A stretch of DNA of 64,000 nucleotides, from the IMG/VR virus record IMGVR_UViG_3300031419_000010, positions 1 through 64,000 of that record; one strand, given 5' to 3'. The stretch comes from a virus. A program made the translations under genes and the position numbers. The notes under the pieces are model-generated. The model did no database searches and was not told the DNA's origin. It saw only the letters and a program-made list of their open reading frames with translations. This document shows, in pieces, positions 46,325 through 55,043 of the stretch (position 1 is the first letter of the stretch; every line of letters starts with the position of its first letter).

Positions 46325-48334
46325 TTATTTGTTTGCCATGCGCTCCATAGCGTTCATGAACATTTCAGCCAGACGCGGCGCACCGAGTTTCTTCAAACTG
46401 AGATCGCTGTATCCACGCGCTGCCAGTTCCTGAATCAGTTCCTGACGATTCAAAGCAGGAATCACATCACGAAAGTTTTCTTTCGTAACTTTCCCTTTAG
46501 CGGCAGGCGCAGGTTCAGGTTCAGGCTCAGATTCGTTTTCACGCTTAATTGCCATCAGTTCTGAATAGCTCATAGTCTGCGCACGGCTATAGCTAACCCA
46601 CTTGTTTGATACCACAAGTTCGATCAGGCTGGCATGTTCCGTAGAGATAGTAACTTCATCGCTGTCATCTTCGTCACTTTCAACTACAGTAGTCTGTTCA
46701 GATTCTGGAACAAATTCAGATGCAGCAGAATCAGGATCGATTAACGGTAGAGTATACTGTTCAGCCGTGGCATTGATCTTATCAGCGTACTCATAGAACT
46801 TATAAGGCTCGTCTGCATCTTCCACGATACATTCGATTTCTTCAAGAAGCTCACTGATAGAATACGTGTGAAGGTTATCAATAGAGACTAACGATCCAAG
46901 CAAGGTGCGCAGAACAGAACGACGGAAAGCAGAACCTTTGTGAAGATTTTTCTCCTGCCACTCAATGAATTTAGTGCGCAGCGTATCAGCAGGATCAACA
47001 TAATCATGGAAATCAATATCGGTCAGCTCGAAAAGTTTTTGCACAATTTCGTAGTGGCGAAGTTTTTTGATCTCGTCCATAGACACGATCTCACCGATGC
47101 CTTTCTGCAAAGTATAAAGCGCGTTGCCTAGTACCACGGTAGGCTGAAACTCAAGCTCCTTGAATACGTCAATACCGGCTCCGTCTTTAATGCGGCGCAT
47201 AATTTTTTCTTCAATCTCAGCAACAGAAAAAATAGGGTGTTCGCCTTCTTCCTGTTCGTCCTCGTCTTCCTCTTCTTCTTCGGAATCGGATTCTTCATCG
47301 TCGTCTTCTTCCACAGAATCATCGTCCGATTCATCATCCCAATCGTCGTCTTCGTCGTCTTCCTTTTCGTCGTCTTCCTCTTCGTCGTCTTCCTCTTCCC
47401 CTTCAATCTGGAGATAGACGTGAGTTGCAAACTCATCAAACGCGACAGACTGATTAGAATTGTTGATCGCATTAACGTCAATCATTTCTTGAGGGTCGCC
47501 TTTGTGTGCAGAAATACATGCAGCAACAAAACAATCGAAAAATTCTTCGAAGTCGGTATCGTTAAAATCTACCCAACGATTAAACGATTCTGCGGTGATA
47601 AAGTATTTATCGCGCAGACGTTTCAGAATTTCCTGCGGCCCAAGCAAAGCAAGGTTAGTTGCTAGTGTCGGAATGCGGGTAACTGTTTCCAGACCAATAA
47701 TGACAGCAAAGCGTTGAACCGTTTCAAAAGGGAAAACACTGCACAGGTGCCGGAATACGTCTTTCCCGATCTCACTGTTATCATCAACAATGGTTTCAGG
47801 ACTAATGCGAGAGCGCAGAGAAATCCAGTTAGAAGATTCGCCTGCCGCATCGAATGCGTAGCGCTGCGTAAAGAATTCATTCAGGCCAGCACATACCGGA
47901 AACACGCGGTAGAAGTTTCTCAGGTCAGCAAACAGATGCGCCAAAAATGCGCGACGATCTTTGCGGTCAAATGGAATATGACACAAAGCGGCCAGGCGAG
48001 AAAGTTCGTTGTTGTTCTCCACGCTCAGAAGATCGTTAACATCAAAACGGCGAGTCAGTTGCAGCGTGTCAGTCACAACGCTTTCAATTGTCATCACGTT
48101 AAGATTTGCAAACTCTTCTGGCAACTCATCGCCATTGAAAACCATACCGAGGAAACCAGAACACTCAGACGGGTTAAGATGCTTCTGCATAAACGCCAGC
48201 AGGGTTTGTTCCGGCGTCTGGTCAGCAACAACGTTTTGCTGATAGCTAAGAAGATTGTCAAAAGCCGCTGCAATCTCTTTCAGTGCGGTAGCGCGACGTG
48301 CAGGATCTTTAGGCAGATTGATATAATCAAACAT
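46325..48334 (-). CDS. large acidic protein with multiple HeH-like modules
   Basis: ENNNELSRLAALCHI, EHASLIELVVSNKW..MSYSEL, LNRQELIQELAARG; long D/E tract. Confidence 0.8.
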   Translation of the reverse strand: MFDYINLPKDPARRATALKEIAAAFDNLLSYQQNVVADQTPEQTLLAFMQKHLNPSECSGFLGMVFNGDELPEEFANLNVMTIESVVTDTLQLTRRFDVNDLLSVENNNELSRLAALCHIPFDRKDRRAFLAHLFADLRNFYRVFPVCAGLNEFFTQRYAFDAAGESSNWISLRSRISPETIVDDNSEIGKDVFRHLCSVFPFETVQRFAVIIGLETVTRIPTLATNLALLGPQEILKRLRDKYFITAESFNRWVDFNDTDFEEFFDCFVAACISAHKGDPQEMIDVNAINNSNQSVAFDEFATHVYLQIEGEEEDDEEEDDEKEDDEDDDWDDESDDDSVEEDDDEESDSEEEEEDEDEQEEGEHPIFSVAEIEEKIMRRIKDGAGIDVFKELEFQPTVVLGNALYTLQKGIGEIVSMDEIKKLRHYEIVQKLFELTDIDFHDYVDPADTLRTKFIEWQEKNLHKGSAFRRSVLRTLLGSLVSIDNLHTYSISELLEEIECIVEDADEPYKFYEYADKINATAEQYTLPLIDPDSAASEFVPESEQTTVVESDEDDSDEVTISTEHASLIELVVSNKWVSYSRAQTMSYSELMAIKRENESEPEPEPAPAAKGKVTKENFRDVIPALNRQELIQELAARGYSDLSLKKLGAPRLAEMFMNAMERMANK

Positions 48335-48941
48335 TGGCTTCTTCCTCTTCAACGATGTTTGCGCCCATCAGAAACTCGATGATCGCGCCGTGTTCTGTTT
48401 TTACGTCGCTGTGTTCATCAGCGCCAGCAAGATAAGTTTGATACTCTTCAAGGAAATTCATTTCCTGAATTTTCGCCAGCAGATGCTCACGATTCATATC
48501 CTCTTCTGCCGGAAACTCATCGTTGATTACATACAGGCTGTGTAGCTGATCAAACGTCAGTGCATCCAGCACGAAATCTTTGTGAACCTTCGGATCGATT
48601 TTTGGATCGTACGTGCGAGAAAGCAGACGTTCCTGAACCAGTGATTCGCAATCGCCAAAGTTAAACCACAGTTCAGACTTGTGCGGCTGAATGTTGTTTG
48701 GCTCCAGAAAGTTTTTGTTGAAGAAGTTGCGAAGCGTGTCGATGTGCTTGCCGCTATCAGCCAGACGGTTAGACAGCAGATAAACAACACGCGTACGATC
48801 AGAACAATCGACGTTTGTGATTTCCATCGCTTCTAAAACATCGGTAAGCTGCTTGTCGTTGAACAGCGCCAGTGCATACCACCATTCGCCTTCTTCCAAC
48901 AAACGCGCAATAACCAGATCGCCATTAATTTGCTTGCTCAT
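48327..48941 (-). CDS. acidic protein with HeH-like modules
   Basis: FNDKQLTDVLEAMEI; LTFDQLHSLY..MNREHLLAKI. Confidence 0.75.
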   Translation of the reverse strand: MSKQINGDLVIARLLEEGEWWYALALFNDKQLTDVLEAMEITNVDCSDRTRVVYLLSNRLADSGKHIDTLRNFFNKNFLEPNNIQPHKSELWFNFGDCESLVQERLLSRTYDPKIDPKVHKDFVLDALTFDQLHSLYVINDEFPAEEDMNREHLLAKIQEMNFLEEYQTYLAGADEHSDVKTEHGAIIEFLMGANIVEEEEANV

Positions 48942-48951
48942 CTTTTTACCC

Positions 48952-49770
48952 TTAAACAAAATCGTCTTTTAAGTCGGCACGAAAACCAGCAGCCAGTTCC
49001 GGCGTGATCTTTTCGTACGTGTAAGTTAATGCTTCGAACACCGCAAGAGTTTCGTCTTTCGGTTTCCAGTTCGACCAATCAACCCATTCAGCATTCGCTT
49101 TGTATGTTTCAATGCCTTCATAGATCATATCGGTAACGCTTTCTGCAAGCAGCGAATCTTCGTAGTCTTCATCAAAAATGTCTATGCCGATAGAAGCCAT
49201 CAAATCATCGCGCTGTGATTCTTTAAGCGCGTTGTTCAGGAAGTCCAAAATCTTTTGTTCCTGACGATGATAAACAACATAGTCCATCATCATTTTGAAA
49301 AGCTCAAGGCGCGTTTTATCTTCAAACACGCGAGGATCTTCTTCGGGCATCAGCGCGATAAGTTGCGGAACACTTAGCTTTGAAAGTTCCTCCGCACTAT
49401 CCTGCATGTTTTCTTTATCGACCAGAACATCAGCCGCACGACACGCCGCCACCAACTCAGTTGGATGCTGTGTCATCAGATACGCCTGAATGCGTTCGTC
49501 CATAATAAAGTCAGCAGGACGCGCAAACATCGGATGCTGCGTTGCCATACGAATCAGAGCGCCAACCATGATATGAATTTCATCACTCACTTTTGACAGT
49601 TCAAAAATCCGCTGCGAATAGTGCTCCAGTTCTTTTGGGTGCTGGCTCAGTTCTGCTTTTTCCAGCAACTGATAAAACTCAGGAGTGAACTTGTGTGAAC
49701 CTGAACGAGCAGCAGCATAGATAAAGCGCGTACCCGAAATTAATTCTGACAGACTTGCATGAGTTTTCAT
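48952..49770 (-). CDS. acidic helical protein with HeH-like modules
   Basis: QHPTELVAACRAADV; LKESQRDDLMASIGI. Confidence 0.75.
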   Translation of the reverse strand: MKTHASLSELISGTRFIYAAARSGSHKFTPEFYQLLEKAELSQHPKELEHYSQRIFELSKVSDEIHIMVGALIRMATQHPMFARPADFIMDERIQAYLMTQHPTELVAACRAADVLVDKENMQDSAEELSKLSVPQLIALMPEEDPRVFEDKTRLELFKMMMDYVVYHRQEQKILDFLNNALKESQRDDLMASIGIDIFDEDYEDSLLAESVTDMIYEGIETYKANAEWVDWSNWKPKDETLAVFEALTYTYEKITPELAAGFRADLKDDFV

Positions 49771-49879
49771 AGACGCCTCAGTTTTTAGGTATCAGCTTAT
49801 CACACTGCTTGTTCAAGCGGCGCAAATGCCAACGGTTGATATAGGAACGAACAAAACGGGAAAACTTTTTAAAGGACAC

Positions 49880-50833
49880 TTACCGCCTCCGAAGAAGATC
49901 CGCTACTGCGAGGTTTTTAGCTTTTGATTCGCACATAATGTCGAAGTCCTCAAAAGACAACGCCCACGCATTAACTAATGGGTTATGAAAATAATCCGAG
50001 TGAGCACGTAGTTTTGTTTTCGGAAAAGGAATCTTGTTCTGATCCGGAAACTCGTCAGACGGAACATACTCAGGACGTGAAACAGAATAGTGCATTGTTG
50101 GGCGAACACCGCGCCAGCTTTCAATAACACGCTTAACGCGTTTATCGTTTGGCTTGATGTATTCGTTTGTCATTACCCAATGATGATGAATATCAAGAAC
50201 GACAGGAAGCAGATCGCTAAGCGTTAAACATTCTTCGACGCTGCTTGTCAGTTCGTCATTTTCAACAGTCAACATTCTGCGGCATTCAGGCGACAGCAAT
50301 TTAAAGTTGCGTCTAAATTCGCTGGCTCCAAGTTTGCCGCTCAGGTGAATGTTGATTTTGAAGTCTTGAAACTTTTTGCCGTAACCCATCAACGTTGCAA
50401 TCTCTGTGTGATACTCAAGATCACGCAAAGAGTTTTCTACAACGTGAGGCTTGTCACTCGCAAGCACGGTAAACTGACCGGGATGAAACGAAAGCCTAAC
50501 GCGATGCAAACGCGCAAGCTCACCGAGATCTTCCAGCAGCGTAACCATATTAGGCAACACATACTTGCGACTGATCTCTCTGAAACTTTCATGCGTGAAT
50601 AACGGTAGGAGTTCGCTTGTTATGCGCATCATGCGTTTCTGTTCCGGACGGATAGCCAACATTTTTGTCATAGCAATAACACTACGAATGTTTGACTGTC
50701 CAATCTCAACCAGCTTTGCAATTTGTTCACGCTTAGGCAAAAGAGATAAACGCGCAGCAGTAACAGTGCGCGAAGGGAAAGGCTGCTTGCCGTCAGCACT
50801 CATATATTTACAAGCGAATCCTACACGTTGCAT
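49880..50833 (-). CDS. uvsE: UV damage endonuclease UvsE
   Basis: GFACK, RITSELLP, SFHPGQF, VENDE, LDIHHH, HYS, HSD, ESKAKN. Confidence 0.93.
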   Translation of the reverse strand: MQRVGFACKYMSADGKQPFPSRTVTAARLSLLPKREQIAKLVEIGQSNIRSVIAMTKMLAIRPEQKRMMRITSELLPLFTHESFREISRKYVLPNMVTLLEDLGELARLHRVRLSFHPGQFTVLASDKPHVVENSLRDLEYHTEIATLMGYGKKFQDFKINIHLSGKLGASEFRRNFKLLSPECRRMLTVENDELTSSVEECLTLSDLLPVVLDIHHHWVMTNEYIKPNDKRVKRVIESWRGVRPTMHYSVSRPEYVPSDEFPDQNKIPFPKTKLRAHSDYFHNPLVNAWALSFEDFDIMCESKAKNLAVADLLRRR

Positions 50834-50842
50834 TAATAGTCC

Positions 50843-51028
50843 TCAGAAAGAATCGTATTTCGGATCGGGCATTGTGTGGCTATCAGGAATGCCATTTTTA
50901 AGAGACTCTGGTATCTCTTTACAGATATTGGATTTTGAATCGCGCAGTGCTTTTGGCAGTTCGTGCGAATCGTGTACGCGGTTGCGCATCTTATCCGGAA
51001 TGCGTTTACCTATATCAGAATTTTTCAT
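50843..51028 (-). CDS. 61-aa protein made of two tandem repeats
   Basis: SDIGKRIPDKMRNRVHDSHELP and SNICKEIPESLKNGIPDSHTMP. Confidence 0.65.
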   Translation of the reverse strand: MKNSDIGKRIPDKMRNRVHDSHELPKALRDSKSNICKEIPESLKNGIPDSHTMPDPKYDSF

Positions 51029-51885
51029 TACTCAAATTCCTCTTTCGCTTTCAGATCCGCAATGCGCTGTTTCAGTTCTTTGCGCAGCTTAGGTAAAGCA
51101 AGATGCAAATTCACACCAGACTTGCGACCAAAAGAGACAACTTTTTTGCTTACGCGTGTCACTGACATGCCGAGACTGTTGCACCAATCAATTAATGGAT
51201 CGATACCCATCAGATCGATTTCGCTGTCAGTTGGATATTCAATATCGTCCTGATCTTCGTCTTCCGGTTCGTCGTCCGTGTTCTGCAAAATCTTTTGCTG
51301 TTCCTTTGCAGTCTCCAGCGATTTGATAAGCGTTTGGCGATCAACTTTACGCGCCATTGCTTCGTGAGGCATAAGGCCGTATGTCACAACAGCCGTATGC
51401 AGTTCGCTGTCTGTCTTTGCGTTCGGCCAGAAGTCATCAGGAATGTCCGGATAAGTTTCAGGTTCGTAGACAGGTTCCAGCGAAGCCCAAACCATCGAAC
51501 TACATGAGCGTTGATGAATGAATGTTGCTTCGCCCCAACCAACATCGATCAAGTTCTGGCGCAGTTCTTCAAACAGCGAAGGCGGCGCAACGCAATCAAT
51601 CGGACAAACTTCGACGTGAATCAAACCCGGTTTCAGTTTGAATTTTTCAACAGCGTAATCGTCGTTGAGAAACTTAACGTAATCGGCAACGTCTTTCGGA
51701 TATTCTTTGTGACGCCCGTAAAAAGGAGAAGGAGTTTCACCGCCAGCGATTTCAAGCAAGCAAGTATTGATGCGCTTGCCTGCTTCTGCCAGAAACTTTT
51801 CTTGCAGTTCGCGCTGTTCGTACCCAATATCACGAAATTGTTTTGGTGACATAACTTTGCTGCTTCTGGTTATTGAATTGTGCAT
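51028..51885 (-). CDS. hypothetical protein with two C-terminal HeH-like modules
   Basis: KTDSELHTAVVTYGL..VDRQTLIKSL; MGIDPLIDWCNSLGM; start trimmed below the small Zn-finger gene. Confidence 0.75.
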   Translation of the reverse strand: MHNSITRSSKVMSPKQFRDIGYEQRELQEKFLAEAGKRINTCLLEIAGGETPSPFYGRHKEYPKDVADYVKFLNDDYAVEKFKLKPGLIHVEVCPIDCVAPPSLFEELRQNLIDVGWGEATFIHQRSCSSMVWASLEPVYEPETYPDIPDDFWPNAKTDSELHTAVVTYGLMPHEAMARKVDRQTLIKSLETAKEQQKILQNTDDEPEDEDQDDIEYPTDSEIDLMGIDPLIDWCNSLGMSVTRVSKKVVSFGRKSGVNLHLALPKLRKELKQRIADLKAKEEFE

Positions 51886-51886
51886 T

Positions 51887-52024
51887 TTAGTTTCCCCGTC
51901 CTTCGCGTTCACGTTGGTAGTAACAGTTATGGCAGAGATCATCCCACTCGCCGTAAACTTCACCTTCTTCCAAATCTTCGCCGCAATCCATACAATGCGC
52001 GTACGGTTCGTTTTCGTTTTCCAT
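51887..52024 (-). CDS. 45-aa acidic zinc-finger mini-protein, missing from the ORF track
   Basis: MENENEPYAHCMDCGEDLEEGEVYGEWDDLCHNCYYQREREGRGN*; GAGG RBS; fills the gap exactly. Confidence 0.7.
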   Translation of the reverse strand: MENENEPYAHCMDCGEDLEEGEVYGEWDDLCHNCYYQREREGRGN

Positions 52025-52026
52025 TT

Positions 52027-52284
52027 TTACCTCAACTGAGAATCTTTACTGCCGCGACGGTTGTAATATGCGTGGTGCGTTCCGTCATGTTCGGCTTGAT
52101 GTTCAATGCAGTATTTTGCGTTCGGCATAACTTTCAAACGCGCTTCTGGAATGCGGCAACCACACTCCAGACAGTGAGTAGATCCCTTACCTGATAATTG
52201 TGAACGAGCAAAATCAATTTCATTGTTGATGTTGCTTTCGATGGTATCGTTCACTCCGTCATCTTTAGTAAAGCCTACTGCCAT
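52027..52284 (-). CDS. DksA/TraR family C4 zinc-finger protein (YbiI-like)
   Basis: CLECGCRIPEARL..YCIEHQ; C-terminal YNRRGSKDSQLR as in enterobacterial YbiI. Confidence 0.88.
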   Translation of the reverse strand: MAVGFTKDDGVNDTIESNINNEIDFARSQLSGKGSTHCLECGCRIPEARLKVMPNAKYCIEHQAEHDGTHHAYYNRRGSKDSQLR

Positions 52285-52286
52285 AA

Positions 52287-53717
52287 TTACCCCTTAAAGT
52301 TACAGCTACCGACCACCGTGGTAAAAGAACAACGTTTGTCGTCCGTATTCTTTTTGCGTTTGCGAACAGTTACTTTTGGTTTAGCTGATTTAACCACTTT
52401 CGGCATTTTGGTTTGTGATTTGACTGTGCGCGGCTTGCGTACTTTCTTTGGCTCCGGAACCGGATCATTACGCGACCAATCAAAATAAAGTTCGCCGTCC
52501 ATGTGATACACCATTTCAGTGTATTCAGGTTCGACAGCGTTCGGTTCAAACGCGCTGGCTTTTAACCAAGCATACGAATGGTGCATTTCCGGACTGCGAT
52601 GAGTAAAGCACGATGCGCAAGCGTCCGTGTAAAAATCTTTTTCACGGCGATGCGTAAACAGCATATCGTGTTTATCCAGTGTCGGAACATCGCAGAACAC
52701 TTCGTCAAAGCAAAGAACAAGGAACGGTTTTTTCTGGATGCGCTTACGTGCTTCCTTTTCCTCTTTGATGCTGCCGCGAGTTGCATCACGCCACTTCAAA
52801 ACATTTTGACCATACTCACGCAGTTCGTTGTTTTCTTTTTCGTTGGAGTAGTCCACACGAAACACAACGTCCACCCACGGATTTTCTACCATGAATTGAT
52901 GCGCAAGATTCATTTCCTGTTCAATGCGCGGATAGTTTTCTTTGTTGATAACAAAGTTAATATGAAAACTAACTTTCTTACCGAGGCGATTACGAAAGCG
53001 AACCAGATCATCCAGTGTCCACGTATAGTTGACGCCCATGATCTTGTTTGCAACTTCGCGATCAAAGCTGTGCATACTGATATTCAAATGCGACAGCTTG
53101 CTTTCCAGTTCGTCGTTTGTGTTGAGATCCAGAAAGCCTAAAACGGAAGAAGTCTTTTCCAGAAAGAAACCGTTTGTTGTCAGGCCGACATTCTGAACAG
53201 GAGTTTCGCGCTGAATACGATCAATCGTCTCAAACAAAAACTTCATGCGCAGAGTAGGCTCACCGCCGCTAATCGAAACGTGATCGATAATGCCGCTGTG
53301 CTGCTTGATGTGTTTAATCAAACCGTCTTGCCACTCTTCCTGTTTGGCTTTGTGTTCCATTTCTTTCTCAGGACAGAAGTTGCACTTTGCATTACACGTT
53401 ACAGGAAGAATTGCAGTGAAGTTACGCAGCATATCAGGCATTGCTAAAACGCGCTTACCTGATTTCTTTTCAGCGAGACTGATTTCCCACTTTTCAAGTA
53501 AGGCACTGCGGTTGTGCGAAACAAATTCCAGACAAGAAGCAGGATAGCTTTGTTCCTGTTCGCCGTGGTTTTCAAGGAACAGCTTAACACTGCCATCATC
53601 GTTACGTGCGATCACAATGCCGCTACCGCCGAGCAAAGTTTCTTGTCCTTTCTCTTGCGGGTTAGGAGTAGCGATAACCAGATCAGCCAAGCGATACGGA
53701 TTCAATTTAAAAGTCAT
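52287..53717 (-). CDS. radical SAM protein
   Basis: CNAKCNFC, SGGEPTL, TTNG, NISMH. Confidence 0.88.
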   Translation of the reverse strand: MTFKLNPYRLADLVIATPNPQEKGQETLLGGSGIVIARNDDGSVKLFLENHGEQEQSYPASCLEFVSHNRSALLEKWEISLAEKKSGKRVLAMPDMLRNFTAILPVTCNAKCNFCPEKEMEHKAKQEEWQDGLIKHIKQHSGIIDHVSISGGEPTLRMKFLFETIDRIQRETPVQNVGLTTNGFFLEKTSSVLGFLDLNTNDELESKLSHLNISMHSFDREVANKIMGVNYTWTLDDLVRFRNRLGKKVSFHINFVINKENYPRIEQEMNLAHQFMVENPWVDVVFRVDYSNEKENNELREYGQNVLKWRDATRGSIKEEKEARKRIQKKPFLVLCFDEVFCDVPTLDKHDMLFTHRREKDFYTDACASCFTHRSPEMHHSYAWLKASAFEPNAVEPEYTEMVYHMDGELYFDWSRNDPVPEPKKVRKPRTVKSQTKMPKVVKSAKPKVTVRKRKKNTDDKRCSFTTVVGSCNFKG

Positions 53718-53719
53718 GG

Positions 53720-54100
53720 TTACGCCTTACCTGTAGAAAGTGGAATTTTTGAAGCCATGATGTTCTGATATTCAGCTTCGATAAACTCTGCAAACTCCGC
53801 GCTAGGATCAACGCCGTGCTGAGAAACAACATGAACATATTCACCAGACCAGAACCAGCCTTTGTAGTCATAGTCGCTAAACTCAACAGAGCGGCTGCAA
53901 TAAGGGCAAGTGCAAAGACCACGAACACGCATATAAAAACCGCCGCGCTGTGCAATCTCACACACAACAGAAAACTTGCGTACGAACTCGCGACGTTCCT
54001 GCGTCATTTCGTTTGACTCAGGAAGTTGATCGTTTTCGTAATTGCGAAACAGAGAAAAGTAGCGGCCTTCGATTTTAGTGTTTTCGTTTGAATGATTCAT
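53720..54100 (-). CDS. hypothetical Cys/His metal-binding protein
   Basis: RGLCTCPYC...WFW..YVHVVSQHGVDPS. Confidence 0.7.
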   Translation of the reverse strand: MNHSNENTKIEGRYFSLFRNYENDQLPESNEMTQERREFVRKFSVVCEIAQRGGFYMRVRGLCTCPYCSRSVEFSDYDYKGWFWSGEYVHVVSQHGVDPSAEFAEFIEAEYQNIMASKIPLSTGKA

Positions 54101-54101
54101 C

Positions 54102-54332
54102 TTAGTACCCCATTGATTCGATTGCGTTACGCAGATCATATTCGTTACTTTCTGCGGTGATTGTTTCACACTTACGTGGAAGGTTTTGGCCCGATGCGAT
54201 GAATTGAAGTTTCATCACAACAAAGATTGCATAAAGGCGAGTTGTTTCTCTGCCTTCGTATGCAACCGCGACCATTCGAAGAAGTTTCAAGTCGTCTTTG
54301 CTAACGACAGGTTTTACTTTCGGAGTGCTCAT
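54102..54332 (-). CDS. hypothetical protein
   Basis: 76 aa. Confidence 0.65.
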   Translation of the reverse strand: MSTPKVKPVVSKDDLKLLRMVAVAYEGRETTRLYAIFVVMKLQFIASGQNLPRKCETITAESNEYDLRNAIESMGY

Positions 54333-54535
54333 TCTGAGTCCTCATCGCCAACAATGTTTACGTCAACCACACCAACTTCATCAAACGCGTGTCGTGCAAT
54401 AGCAACGATCATTTCTGCGCGTGTAATTTCGTTAGGGTTTGCTTGAAACTTTTCAATCGCTTCATCAATAGTTGAGCTAGTGATTAGCGCTTCAAGTTCA
54501 ACATCGCATTGGATTTCGAAATCTTCTTCTCTCAT
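54329..54535 (-). CDS. hypothetical acidic protein
   Basis: 68 aa. Confidence 0.65.
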   Translation of the reverse strand: MREEDFEIQCDVELEALITSSTIDEAIEKFQANPNEITRAEMIVAIARHAFDEVGVVDVNIVGDEDSE

Positions 54536-54936
54536 TATTTTTCACCTAACTGTTTTGGGTTTTTGTTTGTGGCGAAAAACATTGCCAACCATTTCCACGC
54601 AATTTTAGCTTGCGAGAATCTTTGCTTTGTAAAAAGCCCTGCAATTCTTTCCGCTTCATTTTCGTCTAACTGTTGCATCAGTTCCAACTGCTTTTCTGTT
54701 TCATCGTGCGCGTCCAAAAGACCAACACGAACAGGAAGAGTTGTATGCAGAATTGCGGTGATTTCTTTCTGGCTATTGGCTACCAGAAAAGAACAAAACT
54801 GAGTACCGAGGAAACGCATCATATCGTCGTTTGAAAGATTGTGCTTTTCGGCAACGTCAGCCATCGCATTGCCTAAGTCTTCGTAGGCGTCAGCCATAAA
54901 AGGCGGGAGTTTAACAGGCTTATCAAGTGGCAGCAT
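54535..54936 (-). CDS. hypothetical protein
   Basis: 133 aa, first gene after box promoter 9. Confidence 0.7.
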   Translation of the reverse strand: MLPLDKPVKLPPFMADAYEDLGNAMADVAEKHNLSNDDMMRFLGTQFCSFLVANSQKEITAILHTTLPVRVGLLDAHDETEKQLELMQQLDENEAERIAGLFTKQRFSQAKIAWKWLAMFFATNKNPKQLGEK

Positions 54937-54985
54937 AGTAAGTTCCTTATACGGGGGATTAGATACGACAAAAGGCCGTCCTCTA

Positions 54986-55042
54986 AGAATACAGGAAAGC
55001 CTTTCGGTTTAACAGCGGTATTTTGGACACTTATTTGCAGAG
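54986..55042 (-). promoter_or_regulatory. box promoter 9
   Basis: Box 55015-55042 + TGTTAA + 17 bp + TATTCT. Confidence 0.8.
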
Positions 55043-55043
55043 A

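Noticed and set aside
45516-49781. 11-bp match CTGAGGCGTCT at 45516 and 49771
   Set aside because: Only two copies in different contexts, one being an RBS; compatible with chance.
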